Positions 22,635-36,275 of a stretch of 64,000 bases of DNA are shown here, in pieces. Each line of letters starts with the position of its first letter. The first letter of the stretch is position 1. Under the pieces are notes generated by a model. That model worked only from the letters and a program-made list of their open reading frames with translations, was not told the DNA's origin and searched no databases. The stretch comes from Chiloscyllium plagiosum (lineage: Eukaryota): positions 9,217,164 to 9,281,163 of the forward strand of contig NC_057720.1 in NCBI RefSeq assembly GCF_004010195.1, given 5' to 3'. The position numbers and the translations under genes were made by a program.

Positions 22635-23489
22635 TAATTAATTGCCCAGAGGACAGTTGAGAGCCAATCACACTGCTGTGGGTCTGGAGTCACATGTCGG
22701 CCAGACCAGGTAAGGATGACAGATTTCCTTCTCTAAAGGGAAAGAATTAGTGAATGAGATGGTTTTTTTCCTAACAATGGTTTCATGCTCATTATTAGAC
22801 TCCAATCCCAGATTTTTATTTTATTGAATTCAAACTCCACCACCTGCCATGGCATGATTCAAATCTAGGTCCCCAGAACATTTCCTGGGGTATCTGGATT
22901 AACAGTCTAGTGATAATACCTCTAGGCCATTACCTTCCCCCCCTAATAAGGTACATTTTTCCATAATAACCTTTAATGTGGCCCACTCAGTGCTGGTTCC
23001 TTCACTGTCGCTGGGTCTTAATCCCTGGATTCTCTCCCCAACAACACTGCCCACAGCACATGGACTTCAACTGTTCAAGAAGACAGCTTAAAGGCACGTA
23101 GGGATTGGTAACAGATCATGGGCCAGCCAGCAGCACTCACATCCCACGAGTGAATAAAGTCAATCAATTACATGGGTGTAGAACTGAAGTCATACTGTCG
23201 TAGGGTGCTAAATACAGGATTCCTACTCTACAGGATATCTATGAACCTGTTGGGTTTCCACAATAACCCTTTGACAATGTGGCCATGAGTTGCTAACATT
23301 TTATACAATACAATACAGGACAGGAGCAGGCCCTTCGGCCCACCAAGACCTGCAATTTATTGCCCATGCGCGGTTTTGATCCCTCTGTTCTCCTTCCATT
23401 CCGGCGCCTGTCAAGATACACAGTAGATGTTGCTAATGTCTCTTCTTCCACCACTTCCATCAGCAGTGCATTCCAGGCACTCTTTGTCA

Positions 23490-23900
23490 GAGAGTCACAG
23501 AGTCATGGAGATGTACAGGAGAGATCCTTCAGTCAAACTCATCCATGCCAACCAGACATCCTAAATTAATCTCGTCCCCTTTGCCAGCACTTCGCCCACA
23601 TCCCTCTAATCCCTTCCTATTCATTGCCATCATAATGCCGTTTAAATGTTATAATTGTACCAGCCTCCACCACTTCCTCTGGCATCTCATTCCATACACG
23701 CTCCGCTGTCTGTGTGAAAAACTTGCCCCTTAGGTCCCAATTAAATTCTCCCCCTCTCATCCTAAACCTATGACTTCTAGTTCCCCCACCACAGGGAAAA
23801 GATCTTGTCTATTTACCCTATTCTTGCCCCTCATGATTTTATAAATCTCTATAAGGTCACCCTTCAGCGTCTGACTCTCCAGGGAAAACAACCCCAGCCT
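23490..23900 (-). mobile_element. CR1/HER1 3' fragment
   Basis: CCCCTCATGATTTTATAAATCTCTATAAGGTCACC and the AGAGTCACAGAGTCAT tail, as in other copies. Confidence 0.85.
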
Positions 23901-25719
23901 GTTTGTGTGAAAGATCTTCCCTGCACTTCTCAGGTTTTATTACCTGGAGTTTAAAAAAAGGAATTCCAGTTCTCAAGTTGGATTTGAAGTTTAATTGCCT
24001 GGACAATTCATCTAGTAACATAACCACGACACAACCATTCTCAAGGTAAAAGCCTAATGAACCTTTTGCTGAGAAAGGTTAATTCTAACTAAGAGCATAG
24101 TAATGTGCTGTGCACTTTCAACCATCTTCTTGAAACTGTGAAGGTTAAATTATGAAATTACAGGACAGCAAAGCCATTTGCCCAACCAGCCTGTGCAATC
24201 ACTTTGAAGGAGGTATATTATCGGCAGTTATATTATTGTCACTCTATGGTATTTTTCCCATAACTCTATAGATTATGCTTTTTTTTCCAAGATGTATCCA
24301 ATTCCCTTCTGAAAGTTGAATCAGCTTTCGCTACCCTTTCAGGCAGTGCTTTCCAGATCTTAACAGCGCACTGCGATAAAAACAACATGGTCAATGCTGT
24401 CTGGTTGCCTACCTGAGTGAGTAAAATAAACAGGCAGAACTGTTTCGACATGCTGCCTGCCTTGCTCTGAATAGAGTACAGGTAGACTAGCTCCTGTTCT
24501 GTTAATCCTCTGTGTGTAAACAATTCTTTTGACTTCCCCTGTCATTCTGTTTGTGACAATCGTTAACTTATGACCCTTTGCTACCGCTTCTTCAAATAGT
24601 TGGAAGGACGGTTGACTCTACATGAAAACAACTGGACATCTACTGAGAGAATAATTAAGAGTTGTCATGCACCCCTTCAGGTAACATTACAATCAAGACT
24701 GTCACTGACATGGGCTGCATGTAAGAGTTTTCACAGCCTGGCATTTAATCATGCAATTGCTTTTTGTTTAGGTACGTAGTGGATTCCAGCATTTTTCCAG
24801 CCCGTTTGAGGAGTTAGGCAGCATTGTGAAAGGTAAAGATAGCATGATATCTATTCTCCATTTTTCTCACTCGTCTCACGGCCTTGTCTTGTTTATATGC
24901 TGTTTTCATTGTTCTCAGAACAGAAGACGATTCTCTCCCTTTCACATCTTCATTTACACTCATCTTTTCCTCTTTCCCAACAATTGGCAACCTCTTTGTC
25001 TTTTGCACTAAGACCCTACACCATCTGTTCCTCTCATCCTTCCCATCAAAAGTATAAAGAAAAATGCTTTCCAACACTTTTCAGCTCTGGAAATGAGTCA
25101 TATCAGACTCAAAACATTAAGTCTGTTTTTCTCTCTTCATACAGGCTGCCAGCCATGCTGAGTTTCTGCAGCACTCTCTGTGTTTGTTTCAGATTTCCAG
25201 CATCTGCAGCATTTTAAGCAATTCATGTCATGAAACTCTCAGTACACTCAAGAAAACAAAGGGTCCTCAGGAATAAGAACTATGGATAAATTGCAATACC
25301 TATTCGTACCAAATTGCTGGAAAATTGGGAGTCTCAACACCGCCGAGATCATTTTTTAACTCCGGGCGTTGTGAGGAAGCAAACAGCTTAGCAGAATGAA
25401 AAAGGAAAATGGGCAACTTGATATTGAACCTCAGACTATTGGAAGAACCCAACAAGTAATTGGAAGAAGGTTCAGGGGAGATGTCAGAAGTAGACATGGT
25501 GGGTGCATGGAATGCACTGCTAGCGGTTATAGGGATATTTGAATGACTGCTCGACAAGCAATAGACGGCAGTAAATTGAGGAGTGTGTAAGTTAGGATGG
25601 TCTTAGATTAAGATAAATGTTCGGCACAATTTTGTGGCCCAATTGGCCTGTACTGTGCTGTACTGTTCTATGTTCTATGTAATGAAGCTGTCTGTGTGTG
25701 CACTTACAGAAAGAACTTA

Positions 25720-26240
25720 ACAGACTGTAAGACCACAGGAAATAGGAATAGGAGCAAGCTGTTCGGCCCCTTGAGCCCGCTCTGCCATTCAACAAGATCA
25801 CAGCTGAACCAACATACTTCACATGCACTTTCCCTGTCAACCTTAATTCCTGGACTAATCAAGAATCTCTCTATCTCAGCCCTAAATGTACACAAGGACT
25901 CTGCCCCCACTGCTCTCTGTAAGAAGGAGGGTCAAAGACTCACAATCCTCTGAGAGAAGAAATTCCTCCTTGTCTCAGTCTTAAATTGACGTCCCTAAAC
26001 TCTGAGACTACATCCCCTGGTCCAAGACTCTCCCATGAGGGGAAGCATCCTCTCAGCATTTACCCTGTCACGCTTCTTTAGAATCCCATATGTTTCAATG
26101 AGATCACCTCTCAATTTTCTAACCTCCGGTCAGTAGAGTCACAATGAGTTTAATTTTTGCTCATAAGACAATCCCTTCCTATTGGGGGCATCCTAGCGAT
26201 GTTTCTCTGAACTGTTTCCAACAAAATAATATTTTTTCAT
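25720..26240 (-). mobile_element. CR1 3' fragment
   Basis: ORF 25704-25910(-) has SLCTFRAEIERFLI, plus a CR1 3' UTR (GGAATAGGAATAGGAG...GGCCCCTTGAGCC). Confidence 0.75.
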
Positions 26241-26968
26241 AAATAAATGTAAAATCTAAGAGCAGGAGTAGGCAAGCCAACCCCTTGAGCTTGCTCTGCT
26301 ATTTAATACAATTATGGGTTGATCTCATCTCGGCCTGAACTCTACTTTCCTGCCTGCTTGCTGTTACCCTTCAAGCCCATTTCACATTAAAAATCCATCT
26401 ATCTCCTGCTTAAATTTACTCAATATCCTGGTAACCACTGCAAGCTGGGGTAGTGAATCCCACAAAACAAGGTAAGACAGCAAAGATCTGGAGAGCTTCC
26501 AGGTTTAGCTTGCGTATAAATGGTAAGCTGCAGCTTTAACCCTTATTACACGTTTGCAAGATATGTGTATCACTGACATGGCTAGAACTTACTGCCCATC
26601 CCTAATTGCCCCTTGAGAAGGTGACAGTGAATTGCCTTCTTGAATACAACTGAGTGTCTTGTTAGGCTATTTTGGATGGAAGATGAGAGGCAGGCATGTG
26701 ATTGTAGGTCTGGCGTCATGCTTGTTGGTCTACCAGCAATTCTCCAAGGCATTGAGGGATGGACAATAAATACTGGGCTACAGTGACACTCACCCACTTC
26801 AAGTGAGAAATGATGGCAATTAACATTCGTAAAGTGAAAAGGCAGGTGAATAATCCAGGTGAAAGTCAGAAAGACTTGCATTTGTGTAGCTCTTCCCATG
26901 ACCGCTGTATAAATCATAGAGCAGAGCAAATGATTAAGTACTTTTTAAAGAAAAATAGAAACTGCTCG

Positions 26969-27292
26969 TGGACGGCACGGTGGCACAGTGGTTAGCACTG
27001 CTGCCTCACAACGCCAGAGACCCGGGCTCAATTGCCCGCCTTAGGCGACTCTCTGTGTGGAGTTTGCACATTCTCCCCGTGTCTGCGTGGGTTTACTTTG
27101 GGTCCTCCGGTTTCCTCCCACAATCCAAATATGTGCAGGTTAGGTGAATTGGCCATGCTAAATTGCCCATAGTGTTAGGTGAAGGGGTAAACGTAGGGGA
27201 ATGGGTCTGGGTGGGGTTGTGCTTCGGCAAGTCGGTGTGGACTTGTTGGGCCAAAAGGCCTGTTTCCATCCTGTAAGTAATCTAAAAAAAAA
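26969..27292 (+). mobile_element. HE1-type SINE
   Basis: GGACGGCACGGTGGCACAGTGGTTAGCACTG head through GTAAGTAATCTAAAAAAAAA tail. Confidence 0.92.
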
Positions 27293-27975
27293 CACGCTCA
27301 GCAGGACTGTACAGAGAAGTCCAAGTTACTATTTTGGCTCCAGTGACCTTTCTTCAGAATACCTTCTTCAGTATTTTTAAAAATCTAATCACTGCTGCGA
27401 TGCAGCCAATATGTGTGCAGTCAACTTCTACAACGGACAATGTCACGGACACTCTGGGGGTCTAACTGAAGCAAGTTGGTTTGAAATGCATCGTGGTGAT
27501 AAAATCAAGGATGAAAAATGGGAGAATTTCAAACGAGAGGTGAATAGGTTGCCAGCTGGGTACAAACCGTGAGAAATAAGTGTGGAGTCTCCAATAACGA
27601 GCACCCTGAATGGCTAAGGATATAGACACAAAAATAAGAAAAGGAGGCATATGATGCACATCGGATTAAGCATAGGAACATAAATCAGGAAGAGTGTTTC
27701 AAATTTTAGGAGAGGCTCAGGCTGGAATAAGGAAGGCTCAGAGGAAGCATGAGGGAAGAATGGCAGGCTGCACTAAAATAAAAATAAAATGTTCTTCCAA
27801 CATATTGATAGTAAAGGAGAGGTTAAGGATAAAGTGGGAAACACATAAAGAACAAGCATGTAAACTGTTCAATGAAGCAAAGGGTGTGGAAGTTGATCTA
27901 AATTAATACTTTGCTTTTGACTTTACCAAGTTAGAAAATGGTGACAATGGTCCAGTTGAAAATATGGGCTAATGG

Positions 27976-28956
27976 GTTTTGAGGAGAGTTGTAGCTCAGA
28001 TTGAGATTCTGGATGTAAGTTTGCCCGCTGAGCTGGAAGGTTCATTTTCAGACATTCCATCACCATACTAGGTAACATGATCAGTGAGCCTCCAGTGAAG
28101 CACTGGTGTTATAATCCGCTTTCTATGTATGTGTTTAGGTTTCCTTGGGTTGGTGGCATCATTTCTTATGGTGATGTCATTTCCTGTTCTTTTTCTCAGA
28201 GGGTAGTAAATGGGGTCCAAGACAATGTGTTTGTTGATAGAATTCTGGCTCGAATGCCATGCTTCTAGGAATTCTCGTACATGTCTCTGATTGGTTTGTC
28301 CTAGGATGCTTGTGTTGTCCCAGTCGAAGTGGTCTCCTTCCTTATCTGTATATAAGGGTAGTAGTGAGAGAGGGTCATGTTGTTTTGTGGCTAACTGGTG
28401 TTCATGTATCTTGGTGGCTAGTTTTCTGTCTGTTTGTCCAATGTAGCGTTTGTTACAGTTCTTGCAAGGTATTTTGTAAATGATGTTCGTTTTGCTTGTT
28501 TTCACTATAGGTTCTTTCAAGTTCATTAGCTGCTGTTTTAGTGTATTGGTGGGTTTGTGGGCTACCATGATGCCAAGAGGTCTGAGTAGTCTGGTAGTCT
28601 TTTCTGAGATATTTTTGATGTAGGGGAGAGTGGCTAGGGTTTCTGGATTCATTTTGTCTGCTTGTTTAGGTTTTTTGCTGAAAAATCGGTGGACTGTTTT
28701 CATTGGGTACCTGTTCTTTTTGATTACACTGTATAGGTGATTTTCCTCTGCTCTTCATAGTTCTGGAACTACCGTCTGAGAAAAAGAACAGGAAATGACA
28801 CCACAACAGGAAATGACATCACCAACCCAAGGAAACCTAAACACCTAAACACACAAATAGTGCTTCACCGGAGGCTCACTGATGATGTTACCTAGTATGG
28901 TGACGAAACATCTGAAAACAAACCTTCCAACTCAGCAAGCAAACTTATATCCAGAA
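27976..28956 (-). mobile_element. Penelope-like element: GIY-YIG endonuclease region plus inverted terminal copy (28770-28956 on +)
   Basis: ORF 28068-28703(-) has ATLPYIKNISE...NIIYKIPCKNCNKRYIGQTDRKLATKIHEH...HFDWDN...REFLEAWHS. The right end is the reverse complement of the left end. Confidence 0.92.
28879..28912 (+). ncRNA. Hammerhead ribozyme motif (family C type)
   Basis: TCA-CTGATGA-T-GTTACC-TAGTAT-GGTGAC-GAAAC-ATC-TGA: 6-bp stem II and TCA/TGA stem I. Confidence 0.7.
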
Positions 28957-30432
28957 AATGTGGGTCTTGAGCAACTGGGCAGGATAATAAGAGATAAAGC
29001 AGAGGTGCTAAAAAAAAGCTGTTAGCACTCCAGGTAGAAACATTTCCAGGCCCAGGTTGGATACATTCTAGATTGTTGAGAGAAAGAAGGATGTAAATTG
29101 CAGAACCATTTACAGAAATTTTCCAAGCCTCTCTGAACACAGGATTAATCCCAGGGCCAATGTGACACCCTGTTTAATGAAGGGACAAAGGATAATCCAG
29201 AAAACTGCAACTTGACAGTAATAGTTGGAAAACTACTGAAGACCATAATACAGGATGAGGTAAATATAGAATCAGAGAAAAATAAGCTAAACATAAACAG
29301 TCAACATAGCTTTATCATGGACAGGTCATGTCTGACAAATATTACTGAGCTCTTTGATGGGGTGACACAGACAGTGGATGATGGTAGTGCTGTGGATGTT
29401 GTATATTTGGACTTTGAGAACACATTTGATACAGTACCACAAGGCGGGTTGGTTAGTAAGTGAGAAATGCTTGGGATTGATGGGTCTTTGGCAGCGTGGA
29501 GTAGAAGTTGGCTAAAACATTGGAAACAGGGGCCCAGTATGGATGGGCATTTCTCAGATTGGAGAAGAGTTGAAAGTGGTGTTCCCCAGGGATTGGTTTT
29601 AGGAGCTTTGCTTTTTCGAATTTATATAAATAATTTGTTGATGGCTGCTGAGGGCAAAATCTTTAAATTTGCAGATGATACTAAGCTGAGAAGAATAGTG
29701 AGCTGCGTGGATGACACCGAGTGACTTCAAAGGGACATTGACAAGTTGGCCAACTGGGCAGATATCTGGTAGATGAATTTCAATGCAGAGAAATGTGAGG
29801 GAATGGATTTTGGTAGAACAAACACAATAAGGGGTCAACGGAATTTCAGCCAACATTTTAAAAGGGCTTGAGTCTAGGGATGCAGACAATATGCAGCAGC
29901 TCTGCAAAACCCTAGTTAAAGTCCAGTTAGAGCACTGTGTGCAGATTTGGGCCTTCAGAAGGATGTTTTGGTCCTGGGGGGAGATACACGCAGGATGGAT
30001 GCTTGGACTTCAGGGGTTAAAATACAAGGTTGGACAAATTAGGCCATTATTCTCTAGGAGTTTGGAAGATTACAGGTTTATCTAATTGAGGTTTTCAGGA
30101 TATTAACAGAGAAAAACAGGGTAAAGCAAAACTGTTTCCGCTGGTTGAAGATTCTGGAATTAGGGGCCGGCCATTCAGGAGAGATGTTAAAAAGTACTTC
30201 AACACACAGAGAGTAGTGGGAGTTTGGAACTCTCTTCCTCAAACAGCACTCCATAATAAATCCATTGTTAAATTTAAACCAAAGGTATACAGATCTTTAT
30301 TTAGCAAGAGTATCAAGGGATAAGGGCACAAGGCAGGTATATGGAGTTAGGCCATGTATCAGCCATGATTTCACTGAATGATGGAACTGGCTCAAGTGGC
30401 TGAATGGCCAACTCCTGTTCTTATGTTTTTAT

Positions 30433-30715
30433 GGGGCACCAAGGCGGTTCAGTGGTTAGCACTGCATCTTCACAGCACCAGGAACCTGGGTTCAAATCCA
30501 TTCTTAGGCTATGGAGTTTGCACATTCTTCCTGTGTCTGCATGGGTTTCCTCCAGGTGCTCCAGTTTCCTCCCACAGTCCGAACATGTGCAGGTTAGATG
30601 GAATTACCAGGGAAAAGCAGGGAGATGTGGGTCTTGGTGGGATACCCTTCAGAGGATCAGTCTGGACTCAATGAGCCAAATGGCCTGCTTCCACATCTTG
30701 GGAGTTCTTTGATTC
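30433..30715 (+). mobile_element. Degenerate HE1-type SINE
   Basis: CAGTGGTTAGCACTGC...GGAGTTTGCACATTCTTCCTGTGTCTGCATGGGTTTCCTCC. Confidence 0.8.
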
Positions 30716-30799
30716 TATTTTTCAGTACTCTTCATTGGAACACGCTGTGGGACTTTTTTACAACCGATTCTGAGGGCGGGACTTGTCCATAATTTTTTG

Positions 30800-30905
30800 C
30801 ATTTGGTCTGAAAGATGGCATTTCTGACAATGCAGCACTCCCTCATTAATGAATCTGTGAATTTTTGTTTTGTACGCAGGCTATGGAGTGAGACTTGAAC
30901 CCAGA
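30800..30905 (-). mobile_element. Possible DeuSINE-type (AmnSINE1/SacSINE1-like) fragment
   Basis: Reverse complement GAGGGAGTGCTGCATTGTCAGAAATGCCATCTTTCAGA resembles the Deu-domain start as I recall it. Confidence 0.45.
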
Positions 30906-31695
30906 AGCGGGTGCGCTGGAAGCTCTTTTCAACTTTCATGGAGAAGTATGAACTCCATCAGGGTGAGCAAACTGTGCAAAGTGAGCAGCTGCAGTCAAGA
31001 GTGCACCCAGTATCACACTGAGGGGTCAACGTCAATTTACACGCTCAATTCATCCAGTGGGGCTGGAACTCACAAACCTCTCACTCAAACATAAGGGAGC
31101 GGACTGCTGAATGAGACTGGGATTGAGCCAAGTAGCAACGGGCAGAAGCGTAGGTGGTGAAGGGTGAAGTCACAGACAAAACCTAATTTTTAGGAGGTTT
31201 TTGAGGATGAGTCAGACTGCCAAATGAAATGGTTTTGGAAGAGAAATTTTGGGAGCCGTATAATCTCTGAATGTTACAGTGACTCATTTTTCTCAAATAT
31301 CTCTTTTTTTTTGCTTCTTTATCATCAACACAAAAGACACATTTATTGTTCATTCAATTTGTTCTCACGAAAGCATTTTGTGCCAGAATTGGACTTGATA
31401 ATGAGTACAGATGACTGTATGTGATTCATGGGAAAGTTCGCAGCAAACTAAAAGTTTTGATGAATACAGAAGAATAAGCAATGTTTCAGAGTGGCAGTGT
31501 TTAAATCAGAGCCAGTTTGTAATCATCATCACCTCCTTCACATCATCGTCCATTGGAAGGCAGAATAATCTCGGACACATCTGTCAAAGGTCATATGCAC
31601 TCACTCCCAAATGTGCACCTGAAGCATAGAGTGAATGCGCATAAACCTGGAGTTAACAATTTGATCTTTGGGGTTATCTGTACAAGCCTGGAGCC

Positions 31696-31818
31696 AATGA
31701 AGGGCTTATGTCTAAAAGGTTGATTTTCCTGCCCCTCGGATGCTGCCTGACCTGCTGTGCTTTTCCAGCACCAGACCTTTTGACTCTGATCTCCAGCATC
31801 TGCAGTACCCACTTTCTT
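31696..31818 (+). mobile_element. PLE family A tail with degenerate hammerhead and 13-bp TSD
   Basis: CAAGCyTGGAGCC at 31683-31695 and 31819-31831. Confidence 0.8.
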
Positions 31819-31989
31819 CAAGCTTGGAGCCGGTGCTGCTAAGCTGCTACAACTTGATGCACAGACACAATGATTTACAATACATGTCGATGACTTGGAG
31901 GAAGTGAGTGTACTGTAGCCTAGTTTAGAGATGACAAAACAAAAAGATGGGAAGGCAAGTGATGAGGATGACACTGTAAGACTCCAGAA

Positions 31990-32858
31990 AGAAATAGAAA
32001 ATAGGTGTAGGAGTAGGCCATTTGGCCCTTTAAGGCTGTGCCAGCATTCAATATGATCATGGCTGATCATGCAATCTCAGTATCCCATTCCTGCCCTCAC
32101 CCCACACCCCTTTAACCACAAGGGTCACATCCAGCTGTCTTAGATTAGATTCCCTACAGTGTAGAAACAGGCCCTTCAGCACAACAAGTCCACACCGACC
32201 CTCCGAAGAGTAACCCACCCAAACCCAGTTCCCTCTGACTAATGCACCTAACGCTATGGGCAATTTAGCATGGCCAATTCACCTGACCTGCCCATCTTTG
32301 GTGACTGTGGGAGGAGATCGGAGCATCCGGAGGAAACCCACGCAGACACGGTGAGAATGGGCAAACTCCACACAAACAGGCTGGAATCACACCCAGGTCC
32401 CTGGCACTGTGAGGCAACAGTGCTAACCACTGAGACACCATGCCACCCAAGAGAAATATATTCTCTTGCATATATTTCATGAACAGGCCCAAATAGTTTC
32501 CTGTGAGAGAGAATTTCAAAATTCACAACTCTCTGTGTAAAGAAATTCTTCCTCATCTTAGTCCTGAATGTCTTACTCCTCGTTCTTAGACTGTGACCCC
32601 TAGTCCAGGATTTCCCCAACATCAGGAACATTCTTCCCACATCGAAGCTGTACAGTTCCATTAGGATTCTCTATGTTTCTATGAGATTCCCCCCCCCCCT
32701 CTTATTCAGCTAAATTCCAGCGAATTCAAGCCCAGTCGATTCAGTGTTTTCTCATCTGTCAGTCCTGCCATCCTTGGAATCAGTCTGGTGAATCTTCGCT
32801 GGGCTCCCTCAATAGCAAGAATGTCCTTCCTCAGACTAGGAGACCAAAACTGCACAAT
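31990..32858 (-). mobile_element. CR1 3' fragment with nested HE1 SINE (32140-32447, -)
   Basis: ORF 32254-32661(-) has TRGHSLRTRSKTFRTKMRKNFFTQRVVN, then SINE sequence. Confidence 0.85.
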
Positions 32859-32859
32859 A

Positions 32860-33745
32860 GTTTAAGTGAGTGAACAAAATCTTGGTAGATGGAAGATACT
32901 GTCGGGAAAGATGAGGTTCTGCACTTCAACAGCTAGAAAGAAAGAACTCAATATAATTTAAATGGGGAAAGTCTGCAGAAAGCTGCAATACAGAGAGATT
33001 TGGTGGTTCTCGTGCATAAGTTACAAAGATATTTCATCCGAGTTAAGAAAGTATTCAAATAGATTGTTGGCCTTTATTTCAAAGGGATAAGAATAGAAAA
33101 GTAGGGAGCTTTTGCTAAAACTGTATAAGGCACGAGTAAGACCACAACTGGAATACTATGAACAGCTGGATGTCGGTTTGCTCGCTGAGCTGAAAGGTTC
33201 ATTTCCAGACGTTTCATCACCCTCCTAGGTCACACCTTCAGTGGGCCTCCGGGTGAAGCACTACTGCTGATTCCTGCACAGCATTTTATCCCTTATCTAA
33301 GGAAAGATAGATGGACACTGCAGTCTGAAGGAGGTTCCCTGGACTGTTTCTGGCAAAGGAGGGATGAGGAGAGGTTGAGTAGGTTGGGCCTGCACTTGTT
33401 GGAGTTTGTGGGAATGAGAGGTAACCTTATTGAAACATAGAAAATTCTTAGGACATTTGGCAGGATAGGGACAGTCTCAGATTAAGGTGTTCCACATTTA
33501 ATATAGAATGAGGAGAACTTGTTTTTCTATACCACAGAGGGCAGTCGAGGTTGCGTCGTTGGGCATATTCAAGACTGAGGTTGACAGATGTTTAATCAGT
33601 AAGGGAATCAAGAGTTATGGGGAAAAGGCAGGAAAGTGGAGTTAAGGATCATCAAATCAGATCAGCCATGACCTTAGTGAATTGCAGAGCAGACTCGATG
33701 GGCAGAATGGTCTATTGCTGCTCTCACATCCTATGGTCTTATGTT
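32860..33745 (+). mobile_element. Decayed CR1 3' part with a nested family C tail (33168-33277, -)
   Basis: CTGTATAAGGCACGAGTAAGACCACAACTGGAATAC encodes LYKARVRPQLEY. CR1 3' UTR follows. Confidence 0.75.
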
Positions 33746-33982
33746 CAAAGGCGAGAGGATAGCTAAAAGATGATACACATTGCTAGACAGCTTCTTCTGG
33801 AGAAGATTGAAAGTCACTGAAATGCTGCTGTATAGGTGATGGCCAACAGCGTGGGTTCAATTCCCGCACCAGCTGAAATTACCATGAAGGGTTCTCTTTC
33901 TCAGTCTCGGCCCTCACCTGAAGTGTGGTAACCCTCAGGTTAAACAATTACCAGTCATTTTCCTGTGGCCCAGTAGGGCCAT

Positions 33983-34668
33983 TCAAAGTTTGGGAGAAGA
34001 TTTGTAGCTTGGGTGCTCGTTGTTGTGGTTCTGTTCGCCGAGCTGGGAATTTGTGTTGCAGACGTTTCATCCCCTGTCCAGGTGACATCCTCAGTGCTTG
34101 GGAGCCTCCTGTGAAGCGCTTCTGTGATGTTTCCTCCGGCATTTATAATGATTTGTACCTGCCGCTTCCGGTTGTCGGTTTCAGCTGTCTGCTGCAGTGG
34201 CCGGTATATTGGGTCCAGGTCGATGTGCTTATTGATTGAATCTGTGGATGAGTGCCATGCCTCTAGGAATTCCCTGGCTGTTCTCTGTTTGGCTTGTCCG
34301 ATAATAGTAGTGTTGTCCAGTCGAACGCATGTTGCTTGTCATCTGAGTGTGTGGCTACTAAGGATAGCTGGTCATGTCGTTTCGTGGCTAGTTGGTGTTT
34401 ATGGATGCGGATCGTTAGCTGTCTTCCTGTTTGTCCTATGTAGTGTTTTGTGCAGTCCTTGCATGGGATTTTGTACACTACATTAGTTTTGCTCATGCTG
34501 GGTATCGGGTCCTTCGTTTTGGTGAGTTGTTGTCTGAGAGTGGCTGTTGGTTTGTGTGCCGTTATGAGTCCTAGTGGTCGCAGTAGTCTGGCTGTCAGTT
34601 CAGGAATGTTTTTGATGTATGGTAGTGTGGCTAGTCCTTTCGGTTGTGGCATGTCCTCATTCCGTTGT
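33983..34668 (-). mobile_element. 5'-truncated Penelope-like element (GIY-YIG) with 14-bp TSD
   Basis: ORF 34263-34823(-) has ATLPYIKNIPEL...NVVYKIPCKDCTKHYIGQTGRQLTIRIHKH. CCCAGTAGGGCCAT at 33969-33982 and 34669-34682. Confidence 0.93.
34061..34094 (-). ncRNA. Hammerhead ribozyme motif (family C type)
   Basis: Reverse complement GCA-CTGAGGA-T-GTCACC-TGGACA-GGGGAT-GAAAC-GTC-TGC. Confidence 0.75.
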
Positions 34669-35919
34669 CCCAGTAGGGCCATGGAAAGTTCACTGTTACC
34701 CTTATGTAGAGAGACAATTATACCCTTATAACAGAGAAGGCTGAGGGGTGACATGGTTGAGGTGTGAAAAATTGTAAGGGGGGAGATAGAATAGGTGGAA
34801 CCTTCCCTTAGCAGGGAGTTCAAAAACCAGGGGTCACAGATTCAAACAATGTGGTAAGAGGATAAGAGGGCACATGAGGATAAGCTTCGTTCTGCAAATG
34901 GTTCTGGAATTCACTGTCTGAGTTTGTGGTGGAGGGAAAGACCCTAAACTCTTCTAATAAGTACCTGGATCTGCACCTTAAGCACAGTAAATTACAGAGT
35001 TTAGATTAGAGTGGTGCTGGAAAAGCACAGCAGGTCAGGCAGCATCCGAAGAGCAGGATCTCAATTGATCTAATTTACCAAGCCAATTGTATAGTTGAAA
35101 AATAATTTGCATAACATTAATCTAGCTCTAAACTACAGGGTTATGAGTTGTGGGCAGGGATTTGGGATTAGAAAGGGCATCTGGGTGTTTTTGGGTGGGA
35201 GGAGACAAGATGGGCCAAATGGCCCACTTCTGTGCCAGTACATTTCTCTGACTCTATTTAGGGTTATCCAAGCAATCAAAGGATTGGTGCATGATGTTCT
35301 GGTGAGATATTTGACAACTTGGATATTAATCACTGAGAACACTAAGGGACGATTCAGTGGAAGTATTCAATATTGGAAAAGGATTTAACAGTGTCAATCC
35401 TCTTTTCCTGCAGGTTGCATCTTTCATTATTGCTGAATTGTGGCTCAGGCCATAGATTTTTCAGAAATGTAGGATGAAGAGGCAAATAGGCCCAAAGACT
35501 ATTTTATCCCGAATGCAGATCAAATCCCTCATTGTAACATTATTCTCAGCTGGATGCTAGCTGTGCAGTCTACTCAACTACAAACCTCTGCTCCCCCCCC
35601 ACCCCCACTTCCAAAAGGGTTGTCAGCAAGACAGTTTTATTTCAACTGGTAGATAAATCAGCAGCAAGAGAGAATCAGACCAGGTTTCATGCACAAAGCA
35701 AGAAGGTGAAGTTCAGAGGAGTTTTATTTGCAAAGGCTCGTAGGATGTTGGAGTTTGATATGAGTCGGAGTGAAATCATCCATTTTCAACCCAAGAAAGA
35801 CAATTCAGACATCTTTCTAAATAGTGAGTAGAATAGTAATAACATTCAAGTTAACTTAGACACACTGGTAAAATGGAAATTCGGCAGTTTGTGCCTACTC
35901 TCATTCAGTACAATCATGC

Positions 35920-36275
35920 AGTCATAGGGTCATTGAGTTCTACAGCCACAGAAACAGACCCTTTGGTCCAACTCATCCGTGCTGATTAGATACGTCAATC
36001 TAATCTAGTTCCATTTGCCAGCATTTGGCCCATATCCCTGTAAACTCTTCCTATTCGTGTGTCCATCCCAGATGCCTTTTAAATGCTGTAATTGTACCAG
36101 CCTCCACCACTTCCTCTGGCAGCTCATTCCACACACACACGCACACACACACACAAACATGCACACACACACACACACACACACCCACTCACCACCATTT
36201 GCATGAAAAAGTTGCCTCTCTGGTCCCTATTCAATCTTTCCCTTCTCACCTTAAACTTATGTCCTCTGTGGTTGA
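35920..36275 (-). mobile_element. CR1/HER1 3' fragment containing a (CA)n tract at 36131-36185
   Basis: Same CR1 tail as other copies. The ATACACGCAC segment is expanded to about 55 bp of CA repeat. Confidence 0.85.

Larger units (their letters stand above)
27450..30430 (+). mobile_element. Old CR1 ORF2 remnant (RT), interrupted by a PLE
   Basis: ORFs 29212-29463 (SQHSF...RSCLTN...VDVVYLDFENTFDTVP) and 29467-29724 (SGVPQGLVLGALLFRIYIN...KFADDTKL). Confidence 0.85.
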
